Origin: Azolla caroliniana
Lineage: Eukaryota; Plantae; Polypodiophyta
Reading direction: 5' to 3'
Length of the DNA: 64,000 nucleotides
NCBI GenBank assembly: GCA_043228905.1
Contig: JBHGNT010000017.1
Span: 18,228,001 to 18,292,000 of the forward strand
The notes beneath the pieces were generated by a model that saw nothing but the letters and a program-made list of their open reading frames with translations, searched no databases and was not told the DNA's origin. This document shows, one piece after another, positions 1-10,129 of the stretch. Made by a program: the position numbers and the translations under genes. Position 1 is the stretch's first letter. Each line of letters opens with the position of its first letter.

Positions 1-554
1 GTGGAGAGATGCCCATGTTGTTATCTGAGGGGCTTATTTATCTTATACCTAAAACAGAAGGGGTTTCAGAAGATATTCGTAAGTGGAGGCCAATCACCCT
101 CTTGAATACTAGTTATAAACTATTTGCTAAATTGCTTAGTTCTCGATTACAAGAGGTATTACCAAAGATAATTCATGTATTGCAAACTAGTTTTATGAGG
201 GAAAGGAGTATTATGGATAATGTTTTTACATTTTGGGAGGCTACTGCAATAGTGATAAAAAACAAACAAAACCTAGCTGTGTTGCTTTTAGATTTTGAGA
301 AAGCGTATGATAGGGTTGACTGGAATTTTCAGGAAGGTACTATGCATCACTTGGGCTTCAACACGACATGGATTAAGGGTGTTTCTTGTCTTTATAGAAA
401 TGCACATAGTCAGGTGTTGTTGGCAGGTGGAGTAGGACCTCGGTTTAACATTACTTGATCCGTCTGCCAAGGATGTCCACTCGCACCATTTTTGTTCCTT
501 TTGTTTGCGGAAGCAATACATGTATTTATATCATCGCAATCTATAGGCTTGCGT
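1..554 (+). mobile_element. LINE (L1-like) reverse transcriptase fragment, 5' part, degenerate
   Basis: ORF 9..458 has WRPITLLNTSYKL and LLLDFEKAYDRVDW; after a stop it continues SVCQGCPLAPFLF; interrupted at 555 by a solo LTR. Confidence 0.92.
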
Positions 555-1614
555 TGTCGTGAAGATCCGTCACTACGCGTGGATCGTGAGGCGGAACCGC
601 CGGGGTTTTGGACCGGAAGGATTCAAAGTCGATACAAGCTTTGGCGAGAAAGTACTTAAGATAGATTGGGAAAGAGAGAAGTTGAGATTAAACGATTGAG
701 AAAGATTGATTGAAGTTTTATCTTTGGTTTTAAGAAACAAGTTACACCATCAATTTGATAATGAATTTCTTCTTCTTAATTTCATAATAATAAAAAAACC
801 GTGTTTTTTTTCTCCTCCCCCTTCCTTCTTTTATAGATGCTCTCATGCATATGATGCATGTGAGGGTACAAGACATACATAAATTGCATGTTTGCCATTT
901 GGCGCTTACGTATTACATGTGGTGCATGATAACCATGTCACTCATTTTAGCTCTCATGTATGAGAATTTACGCGTAAAAGTACAATGATAGAAATATAAT
1001 TTTAACTAAATAGCATGGCTTAATGGTAAGCCAATTGATTCCTAACTTGGAGGTGCACGGTTTGAATCCTTCCTTGCCCTCCTTGTATATGTATATATGT
1101 ATATATATTTATAGATTTATTTATCTAGTCGCCGGACGCCGGTTCTTCGGATGCCGTCGGTTACCGGTGTCTCACTGGCGCCGGATTGCCGTCGGATGCC
1201 GCCGGATCACCGACTCCATCGCTGGTCCGGTTTTGGTTGGCCAAAACCCTTTACGAGTAGCTAGCCCACCTCCACTCTTAGTTCAAGTTACCTTGAACTC
1301 TCTATGCTCCACACATAGACACAAAGATAATATCTTTTGCTCCACCTTATATATTATGAGAGCCATATTTGTCGTGCCTATGTGGGATATCTCACAATTT
1401 TCTCTTTTCCTTTCACAAACTTTATACCCTCATATCTTGACATTTAGTTGTCCGTTTCTCGTGTAATAAAGTGCATTCGAAATCTCCATCATTTTATACT
1501 TAGATATTAAATTTATTTAAAATGTTATCTTCACAATTATTGTACTATGTGATTCATACTCGATTTCGTACGTTTTATGGGATTTTCACACTATTGCCGA
1601 AAATCTTCACGACA
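555..1614 (-). mobile_element. Solo LTR (gypsy-like, related to the LTRs at 8184/11057)
   Basis: 12-bp terminal inverted repeat TGTCGTGAAGAT...ATCTTCACGACA; flanks GCGT (551-554)/GCAT (1615-1618); splits the LINE RT; minus-strand start TGTCGTGAAGATTTTCGGCAATAGTGTGAAA aligns to TGTCGTGACGATTTTCGGCTACGGTGTGAAA. Confidence 0.85.
1016..1072 (+). promoter_or_regulatory. tRNA-like A-box/B-box module inside solo LTR
   Basis: A-box TGGCTTAATGG (1016-1026), GGCTT/AAGCC stem, 7-nt loop TTCCTAA, variable AGGTG, B-box GGTTTGAATCC (1059-1069) at tRNA spacing. Confidence 0.6.
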
Positions 1615-1703
1615 GCATGGTTTGGCAATGCCAATGCATGGACAAGATATATTGGACTCGGAATTTGCAGATGATACTGCATTATATGTGGATGGGACTC
1701 TAA
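1615..1703 (+). mobile_element. LINE RT continuation with catalytic FADD motif, then truncated
   Basis: GLAMPMHGQDILDSEFADDTALYVDG resumes right after the solo LTR. Confidence 0.88.
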
Positions 1704-1732
1704 CGAAGTTGCATTATATACTTTTGTTTTTA

Positions 1733-2856
1733 GACAAGGAAGAAAAGAGTAATGAAAATGGAGTTACATATTCAGAGCCACAACATGAAGAAGAATTTAT
1801 CTCACTTCCAGGTACATGTTGGTAGCCCTCTCATATAATTGTTATTTTGACGATATTACTTCATGTGACAAAAATGTACAAGTGTATTAATACATAGGGC
1901 ATGATGAAGAGCCCAAGAAGAGCCCCAACTTGAAACTGGGACCATCCCAAGAAACAATGACAATGTAACAGTAGGTAAACATTTGTCCCTTAACCTTAAA
2001 CATTTGGCTAGGTGCCTTCACTTTTTCAGAATGTGAATTGATATTGTTCTTGGATCACTTTATTGTTATTTAGGAGTAGAAGAACATGTAGATTCACAAA
2101 TACCATCAGATGATTCAGGCAGTTTATGGAGCAATCTTGATTATTCAGGCTCAGATGCTAACACACATGAGGAATGTGAGATCGCCCAAAAAGAGGAGCT
2201 GGAGTGGACAAATCATGAGGTGACAAGAAACTTTGCAATGGAGTCTGTAGAGAATGTGAAAATGACCCAAGGAGAGGATCATGGTTGTACAAAGAATGAG
2301 GTGTGTATCCAAAACAACATAAGCAGCCTTAATCTAGGGCATGGTTGTATCATTAAGGAGACCCCTGCAACTACCCAAGAAGAAGGAGAGTGTGGTACTA
2401 CGAATGAGGTGTTTGTCCAAAATACTACAAGTAGCTTGCACTTGGAGCACTCTAATAATGTGGTAGTGGTGTCTACCCAAGGAGAGGAACATGTTTGTAC
2501 TCCTAATAATGTGGTAGTGGTGTCTACCCAAGATGAGGAACATGTTTGTACTCCTAATAATGTGGTAGTGGTGTCTACCCAAGATGAGGAATATGTTTGT
2601 ACCCAAGATGAAGAATGACACGTCCAATGACCTCCAGGAGATTTCTGGTAAGACTATCGACCGCATCTTCTTGGAAGCGTGTGCATATCATGTAGTTGCA
2701 ACAGAGCACATTGTTCCCTCAAGCTTGGCTTCACCCTCCAATGATGAGTTGCCACTAAGTAGTTTACTACCTCATGGTTTTAAGATGAAGAAGGGTGTGA
2801 AATCTGAGAAGAATGAAACAAAAAATAGGCGCATTACAAGATCTAGAAAAAACTAA
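1733..2856 (+). pseudogene. Spliced, acidic low-complexity ORF relic, possibly an accessory ORF of the adjacent DNA transposon
   Basis: GT-AG bounded Glu-rich segments; ORFs 2220..2618 and 2584..2856; convergent with the transposase; no recognisable domain. Confidence 0.3.
2452..2612 (+). repeat. 51-bp tandem repeat x3 (NNVVVVSTQxEEHVCTP)
   Basis: ctaataatgtggtagtggtgtctacccaag... repeated three times in frame. Confidence 0.9.
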
Positions 2857-3807
2857 AACCAAAGTTTATTGTATTTTGATCGTTTTATGTAATTGATTAC
2901 CAAATGTAAAGTTATTGATTACCTGCTTCTTGACACTAATGGGGTTTACATATCCAGGGTGTGAATTGGATGCAAAGTTATTGATAGGAATGCTAAGTCA
3001 TTGATTACCCTCATCTTGACACAATTTTAATTTACTTGTTATGCACACATGTGATAGTGAGAATGTAAAGTCATGAGTGGAATGAACACTCCTATCTTAG
3101 ATATGTCTAGGTTAGTAAACACTTAACATAGTTTAAGTACTAACTTGATATGCATTGTAGCTAATTTACTACTGCCTCGGTAGTCTATTACATCCGATGA
3201 TGAAGTGCCATTGAGTACCTAGATAAGTTTATTGTATCTAGGTGGTTGTCTGTAATTGATAGGAATGTTAAGTTATTGATTACCCTCATTGTGACATTGT
3301 TCTGGTTTACTTGTTATGCACACATGTGACAGTGAGAAGATGAGTGATGAGTGATGAGTGACACTCCTATCTTACATATGTCTACGTTAGCAAACTCTTA
3401 ACACAGATTTAGTACTAACTTGATATGCATTCTACTAACTTTGATACATATGAGCTCCTAAAGAGTTATAGTCACACATATGAACGCCTAACTTTGATAC
3501 ATATGAACTCCTAACTTTGATACTAACATTGGCTCAGATACTAGCCAATGAGATTTCTACTCCAAGCACTAGACAGTTCATGTAAAAGAAACATACATAT
3601 CTAAACCAAAGAGGGATATTGTTAGAAAACCCAAGATGATATATTTCCTTTCACTTGTAAGTTAGAGTTTGAATACATGCAGAAGTTACATTAGATGCAA
3701 CACTTGCCATTCTAAGCATTAAAGAGGGAGACCTCCCCCAATATGTGTTCGTGTACCCCTTTGGGGACTTTGTAGACAGTGTTGTATCCCTTAACCTTGT
3801 GTTTTGC

Positions 3808-6178
3808 TTAAGTCATTTTGAACTTGATTGCGATAATGGCATCAACATAGATAATTGTTATGCGTGCATCTTTTAACAATGCATATGTGTTCTTGCATTG
3901 TGGCAACTTTGCATAGTAGTTGTCATACACGACAGACTCACCAACATTGAACATGTTGCCCGAGCCATCCTTCACGACTTCTTCCAATATTGTATTTCCT
4001 TGCTTGCACACCACAATGTAGTAGTCTTCAAAATCTTCATTCTGAGGAGATTTGAGCACTGCAAAATGATCTCCAACTTCCAATAATATTACCAAGTCCT
4101 CACACTGGTTGACACTGTATACAATATTGTCTGAATGTTCGTTTTCTTGGATATTGACACTGTGTTCTATCTCTAGCTTATGTAGCTTCCATGGCTCCAC
4201 AATTGATAGATTGGTGCATTCATCCCAAGCTTCATCTAAACACATGGGACAAAAGCACGATAAATTGCGGAATAACAATTGTGTTGTGTCCTTGCGACTA
4301 AACCGTAAAACACAATGGGTCTTGTGCATCCCTTTCACGGTTTTACAACCTTATGATTTACTCCTATCCACCTCATAAGCACGAACCTCAATAAACAATC
4401 TCTTCTTACCATCATTTGACATCTTCCATGTGAGCCACTCCACAACATTATGTGGATTTTGTAGCTTAGTACCTTTATTATCCAACTGATCCAATGTAAG
4501 AGCACGCTTGATCACAACCCCTGTGCCACCATGCTCTCCCTTTCCATGTCCAAACCCGAAGTAGTTCCATTGTATCCTAATGTTTGTCAATGAGAAGTAT
4601 CTAGGTGTTTTGCATGACAATTACCCAACAAACATAATTAATTGCATGACTTAAACCATAATTATTTCCTATGCATGAGTGAACAATACTAATATTTAAT
4701 TCAATACAAATGAACAAGAGAGGATAGTACTAAGTTATTGGTTAGTACTAATGCACGAGAGAGGATAGTAGAAAGTTGGAGATTAGTACTAATAGACGAG
4801 AGAGGGAAGTGGTAAATTATTAATTAGTACTAATGCACGAGAAAGGATAGTACTAAGTTGGAAATTAGTACTAACAGACGAGAGAGGGGAGTGGTAAGTC
4901 ACTAATCAGTACTAATGCATGAGAGAGAACAACCATAAATTATAAGTTGGTCATAATGTACAGAGTTGGAGAGTACTAAGTTATTAATTCGTACTAATGC
5001 ATGACTGAGGACAGTCCTAAGTTATAAGTTGGTCTTAATGAACAAAGTTGGACAATTCTAAGTTATTAATTAGTGTTAATGCATGGCAAAAGACAGTCCT
5101 AAGTTATAAGTTGGTGTTATTGAACAAAGTTGGACAATTCTAAGTTATTAATTAATACTAATGCATGAGAGAGGACAGTCCTAAGTTATAAGTTGGTCTT
5201 AATGAACAAAGTTGGATAACTTACTAAGTTAATGGATAGTACTAATGAACATGGTTGGATAGTACTAAGTTAATAATTAGTATTAATGAGAGAGAACAAT
5301 CCTAAGTAACTATAAATTAGTACTAATGAACAAAGTTGAATACAACTAAGTTATGAATTAGTACAAACATTACTGAGAGGGGGCAAAGTATTAATTAGTG
5401 CTCGTGCTTGTCGGATGGCAGTTCAAAGTTATAAATTAGTACTAATGAACGAAAGAGGATAATACTAAGTTATTCATTAGTACTAATGCACAAGAGAGGG
5501 TAGTGTTGAGATATAAATTAGTACTCATGCCAATGAAGGAATACAATCCTAAGTTATAATTTAGTACTTGTGCATGTGGGATCTGAGTACTTAGTTGTAA
5601 ACCATTGTCAGTACTTGTGCATGTGCACCTTTGGGGACAATACTATGTTGTAAATTACGGATACATTACAAGGCCTCAACCTTAATTAGTACTTGTACAC
5701 ATAGGACGACAGTACTAACTTGTAAGTTAAGTTTACTTAACATGGTTATTACCATAATCAGTACTAGTGAATCTAGGAGGAGAGAACTAAATGGCCAATC
5801 AGTTCAGATTCACATTCCACGACAATACTGGTGCATGTCATTTAGTATTTTATACAAACATTTATAAGTACTATGGAGTATTGCCAAAATAGACTTCCAT
5901 TTATAAGTACCAAACATATGGATTATTTCCTCACCTTGCAATCAAGTAGAAGGACCGGGCCGCCTTAAATTGCAAGGCAGCACCATCAGACCAAACCCAA
6001 TGCCGATTGAAGTTAAAACCCAAGGACAATAAATCTGCATGGTGAAGCTTAAAACAATGTTGAACAAATAGCGTGTCGTGATTTTTATCATCTGAAATGT
6101 AGAATATTGATTTCTTATGTAACTCGCCATCTTTTCTCTAGTAGCAAATATGTACAAGTATTGTACATTGGTCATAAT
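3808..6178 (-). mobile_element. DDD/E DNA transposase relic, Sola-like (tentative), two exons (~6178-5935, 4600-3808) with a 1,334-bp intron
   Basis: Exon 1 reads FYISDDKNHDTLFVQHCF...WVWSDGAALQFKAARSFYLIA; GT at 5934 and AG at 4601 join in phase to RYFSLTNIRIQWNYFGFGHGKGEHGGTGVVIKRAL...RNLSCFCPMC; in-frame stops; 5' part cut off by the LTR at 6179. Confidence 0.7.
4660..5800. repeat. ~41-bp minisatellite (about 25+ degenerate units, alternating ~82-bp dimers) filling the transposase intron
   Basis: Recurring TTAGTACTAA palindrome; units such as gttattaattcgtactaatgcatgactgaggacagtcctaa alternate with gttataagttggtcttaatgaacaaagttggacaattctaa. Confidence 0.85.
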
Positions 6179-6508
6179 TGTTGAGAAATCGTTCGATCAA
6201 ATCACAGTAAGCGAACTGTGTTGAAATACGAGTCACAAATATGCCAGAAAACAGGACAATAATGGTGCATAGAGATTTAACGTGGAAACCCTAAACGGGA
6301 GAAAACCACAGGAACAGAACTTCACTATGTATAGTGGATATACAACACAGAATGTTACAACACTCCTTCGAGTGTATCGGCCATGCAAGGCTCTTGGCGT
6401 CTACTGTTATGCACACAGCTATGGCGCTGCTCTCTCTCTATCTCCCTCACGCTCTCACATCACACACAACTTTTGTTCTACATCTATCTATATCTCACTA
6501 TGCAACGT

Positions 6509-7108
6509 TGTCAGGGTAGTTGTGGTTCGTGCGGCGAAGTCGCAGGGACTAACGTTAAAAGGAGTTGGTTATATATTTTATCAGGCTTGTGTAACAATGT
6601 TAGAAAGATTAAGGATAGGAAGAACAAGAGTTAGAAGTAATATGAGAGAGACATATGAGCATAGATAAGAGATAAGAGACAATGTACGATTTAAGAAGTG
6701 AAACTGTATTCTAAGAACAAGCTTTGTATTAACAACACACTATTTTACCAAAGTTACAATGTCGATCACAAGATGAAACCCTTCTCTAGGAGGTCTTGAT
6801 TTGAACCCTCGACTTCAACTCCGAGAGACAAGACACTTCCCCAAATGCGCTAGGTTCTTTGCTTGATTATATTATTTGATTTCTTACTTTCTCTTCTTGA
6901 TTACCCTGTTTTCCCGAGAGGCTATTTAAAAATGTAGTCTCTGTTACATATCATTATTATTATTCCTATAATTATAATAATAATAATAATAATCGAACTA
7001 TTAAACAATCGACTCACTATTTTCGACTCTTCGATTGTCGGCTATTTCCGAGCAAACGGTTCTTCCCAATCTTCGACTATCGGCTATTTCCGACAGTCGG
7101 CTCTTCCC
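6509..7108. mobile_element. Truncated LTR-like insertion within the Copia-A LTR
   Basis: Abrupt start TGTCAGGG after ACGT; LTR-like composition; right end fused to the Copia-A PPT without a matching TSD. Confidence 0.4.
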
Positions 7109-7221
7109 TTCACTCCTGTGGGAGGAGGTCAGTTAGTCTAGTTTTCTGTAGATAGACTCTAAGTCTGTCCATAGGTAGGCTCTTCGTGAGCATGTCGGAT
7201 CCATTGTAATCAGTATGGATC

Positions 7222-7602
7222 TGTTGAGAATCAAGCTCAACTTGGTCTAGTGTGTGAACTCACCTTGAGAGTGAAGAGACACTCCAACGGTCAAGAGTCA
7301 CCATTATGTCACCACTTTGTATTCTAGCATTTAGTATGAGTCATAGAATCATATTCTATGACACATAACTTATGAGCTTTCACATTCCCCATGCTCCACG
7401 AGTCTTGTAGTTAATGAAGAGAGAGGGTGACTACATAAAGCACCCTCCTCCCACCTTGTATAATGTTGAGTCTTTCTCCTTTGTCAATATACTTTTACCT
7501 TGCGTATTCTCTGTGTTTCACTCTCTCTCTCTCTCTCTCTATTACACACACATAACTCACATCTCTTCCGCTTCACAAGAATCCATCTCTTGATTCTTTA
7601 CA
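7222..7602 (+). repeat. Copia-B 5' LTR
   Basis: TG...CA; direct repeat of 15921-16307. Confidence 0.95.
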
Positions 7603-8311
7603 TGGTATCAGAGCGATTTGGTAGCTCGATCTAGCCCATTCGCCTCATCGTGATCGTGTGTTGTGCTCTATGCCAACGACCAAGAACCGGCTCATAGCTA
7701 TCGTAGCTTCGCTACATAGCTCGCATTCGAAGAGAGAAGAAGAAGAAGAAGAATCGACATAATGAATACTCAAATGGGGAGCGCTCTCCCTACTGAGAAG
7801 TTGGATCGAAACAACTTCGCATCTTGGGAGTACAAGATGCACCAATACCTTGTCGGACAAGGCTATTGGAGCTACATCAAAGGAGCGCATGAAGACCGAC
7901 CCGCCGAAGCGGCTCCCGGATACGCGACATGGGAGCAAGCTGCAGGCCGCGTGATGTATTGTTTGGCGACATGTGTTCACGACCACATGCTCGGTTACAT
8001 TCGAGAAGCCAAGACGCCGAAGGAAGCGTGGGAAAATATACGAAAGATTTTTGCCACCAACACGACCGCGAGGAAGCTTCAACTCCGCCAAGAGGTGAAC
8101 AACATTCAACAAAGGGACATGTCCATCACGACATACACCTTGAATATCAAGGAGCTTTGCGACTCCCTCAGCTCAATAAGCGTTGTCGTGACGATTTTCA
8201 GCTACGGTGTGAAACCGAGTGAGACGAATAAACCAAGGATGTGCAACATTGCACATGCACTTAGCAAATAAACCTAGCCTAGTGGCACTTGAGTTCATAC
8301 AGAGAGGTGCA

Positions 8312-8369
8312 AGCAAGGATTGAACCTTGCACCTCTAAGATACAAGATAATTTCCTTACCACTAGGACA
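8312..8369 (-). promoter_or_regulatory. tRNA-like A-box/B-box module in 5' LTR (copy at ~11185-11265 in 3' LTR)
   Basis: Minus strand: TG TCCT AGTGGTA AGGA A ATTAT CTTGTAT CTTAG AGGTG CAAGG TTCAATC CTTGC, matching tRNA positions 8-65. Confidence 0.6.
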
Positions 8370-8869
8370 ACTATCATATAGTGTAGATTTTATGTATTTC
8401 CTTTTCATATACAAATTATAGACGAAACAACCATAGAAAACCATGTGCACAAAACCATGGTTTTAAACCCATGGTTTGTGCATGACATAAGCAAAACCGT
8501 GTGCACAAAACCATGGTTTTAGCCCATGGTTATGTGCATGTCACGAGCATGGAAAGACCTATAAAAGCCTCTAGTTGGGCTTGTGTAAGGGGGGCTCAAT
8601 ATGTGATATCACCAACACCATTATCATCAATATAATTATATTTATCTTTATCTTCTTCATTATTTTCTACTTCTCAAGTGTACAAGCTTTCTTCTTCTCA
8701 AGTGAACAAATTCCGTCTAATCTTACATTGATCATCGTCTCTTCGATAATTCCACGAACATCCTCCCCAGTCCAAGACCCCGGTGGTCGCTCGAGTAGCA
8801 CACGCACGCGCGAATCTTCGCGACATCATTTGGTGAACCCGACATGAAGAGCAGGAGGGGAGGACGAAG

Positions 8870-10129
8870 ATGGATGGCGAATATCTCATGGAGGCAATGT
8901 CAAGAAGGATGATGGAGTTTCTGAGAGAAGGGAAAAGAAGAAATGAAGCCCAACAAGCCGTCGACAAGGTAGTCGAACGAATGAGCTATTTCAACGGTGC
9001 CGAAGTCCAAAGTTTCCTAAAAGTCTACAATGCGGAGATGGATTCAAGAGGTGTGGACAAAGCTATGAGGCTAGAGTACTTTTGTCGAGTGGTGTCTCAA
9101 CCGATCTTCAAAGATGTAAAAGAGCTTCTAGAAGTTCATGATTCGTGGGCGACTTTTGAGAAGGCTCTATTGGAGGAATATGGCTATGAGAGACTGAAGG
9201 GACAAGATCGACGCAACTTCGACCAATGGGTGACATCAGCGAAGACCCACCAAGGTGCGACACAAGCATTCGTAGACTTCGAGCATCATTTTTCTCAATT
9301 GTCGGAGCGGGAACAAAGATTGGTGGGGGTCGATAAGGTCCTTATGTTCGTGAAGTCAATCGATCGAATGGAAAGGATGGCGATCGGCCTCAAACTCAAA
9401 GAAGATGATGGTGCAAATGGCCTCATCGAGGATTGGAGCAAAGTGGAAAGTGTATGCCGACTACATGATAAGGGGCAAGCGAGAATATCGACGACAACAA
9501 GACGGCCCATGAGGGACGATCGAAGAGGGACGAGATGCAACAACGCACCACCAACAAAAGAAATGAAGCTTAGAAGGGAGACAAAACCGAGGCGAATGGT
9601 GATCGAGGAAGAAGAGACCTCCCAACAAATGCGGGTTAATGAAGTGGCCGATTCAAAGGCTCTGGTTCGGTATGACGGTACCGAGAGAGAAGGTGTGAAA
9701 CAAGTCACCTTCTTGTCTTACAAAGAAACGACGGAGAAGGAGGAGGCCGATGACTCGAGGACGGCGAACGCCACTTCGAGGGAGGATAAATGTTTCAGAA
9801 CACGCATTGTGTACGAAACATCGGGTGATGACGGCGCAAGCATGAGAAAAGCTTGCATGATCGAGGGAGAAAAAGTGTTTGAGTCTGAAGAGATTGAGGA
9901 GGTAGCCATGACAAACGACATCGAGTCGGAGGTGGCTATGGATGAGTCGACGACGAATAGCCATGTCGACACTTTCTTCATGCTTGTTCCAGAGACTTCG
10001 GCGGTTGCGCCCATGTGCCAACGTGAGACCGGAGAGACGGAAGGTGGTGACGGGAAGACGAAGGTCCAACACAAGGAGGAAGAAGATCGAGGAAGAAAGG
10101 ATATCCCCACACCTATTCTAGAGACTTAG
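8870..10129 (+). CDS. Gag-like protein of the nested LTR element with acidic, repeat-containing C-terminal extension
   Basis: 419-aa ORF starting just after the PBS; FNGAEVQSFLKVYNAEM is retrotransposon capsid-like; terminal TAG is probably a TCG mutation within a ~130-140-bp repeat. Confidence 0.65.
   Translation: MDGEYLMEAMSRRMMEFLREGKRRNEAQQAVDKVVERMSYFNGAEVQSFLKVYNAEMDSRGVDKAMRLEYFCRVVSQPIFKDVKELLEVHDSWATFEKALLEEYGYERLKGQDRRNFDQWVTSAKTHQGATQAFVDFEHHFSQLSEREQRLVGVDKVLMFVKSIDRMERMAIGLKLKEDDGANGLIEDWSKVESVCRLHDKGQARISTTTRRPMRDDRRGTRCNNAPPTKEMKLRRETKPRRMVIEEEETSQQMRVNEVADSKALVRYDGTEREGVKQVTFLSYKETTEKEEADDSRTANATSREDKCFRTRIVYETSGDDGASMRKACMIEGEKVFESEEIEEVAMTNDIESEVAMDESTTNSHVDTFFMLVPETSAVAPMCQRETGETEGGDGKTKVQHKEEEDRGRKDIPTPILET

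Noticed and set aside
1016-1072. Functional tRNA gene (also 8312-8369)
   Set aside because: Acceptor and anticodon stems do not pair; reported only as a tRNA-like module
4660-5800. Palindromic repeat array as a CRISPR-like locus
   Set aside because: Inter-palindrome segments are homologous to each other rather than unique spacers; eukaryotic intron; no cas genes
6805-6835. Third tRNA-like module (GGAGGTCTTGATTTGAACCC) in the 6509 LTR fragment
   Set aside because: Weak B-box only; no A-box or D-stem at the expected distance
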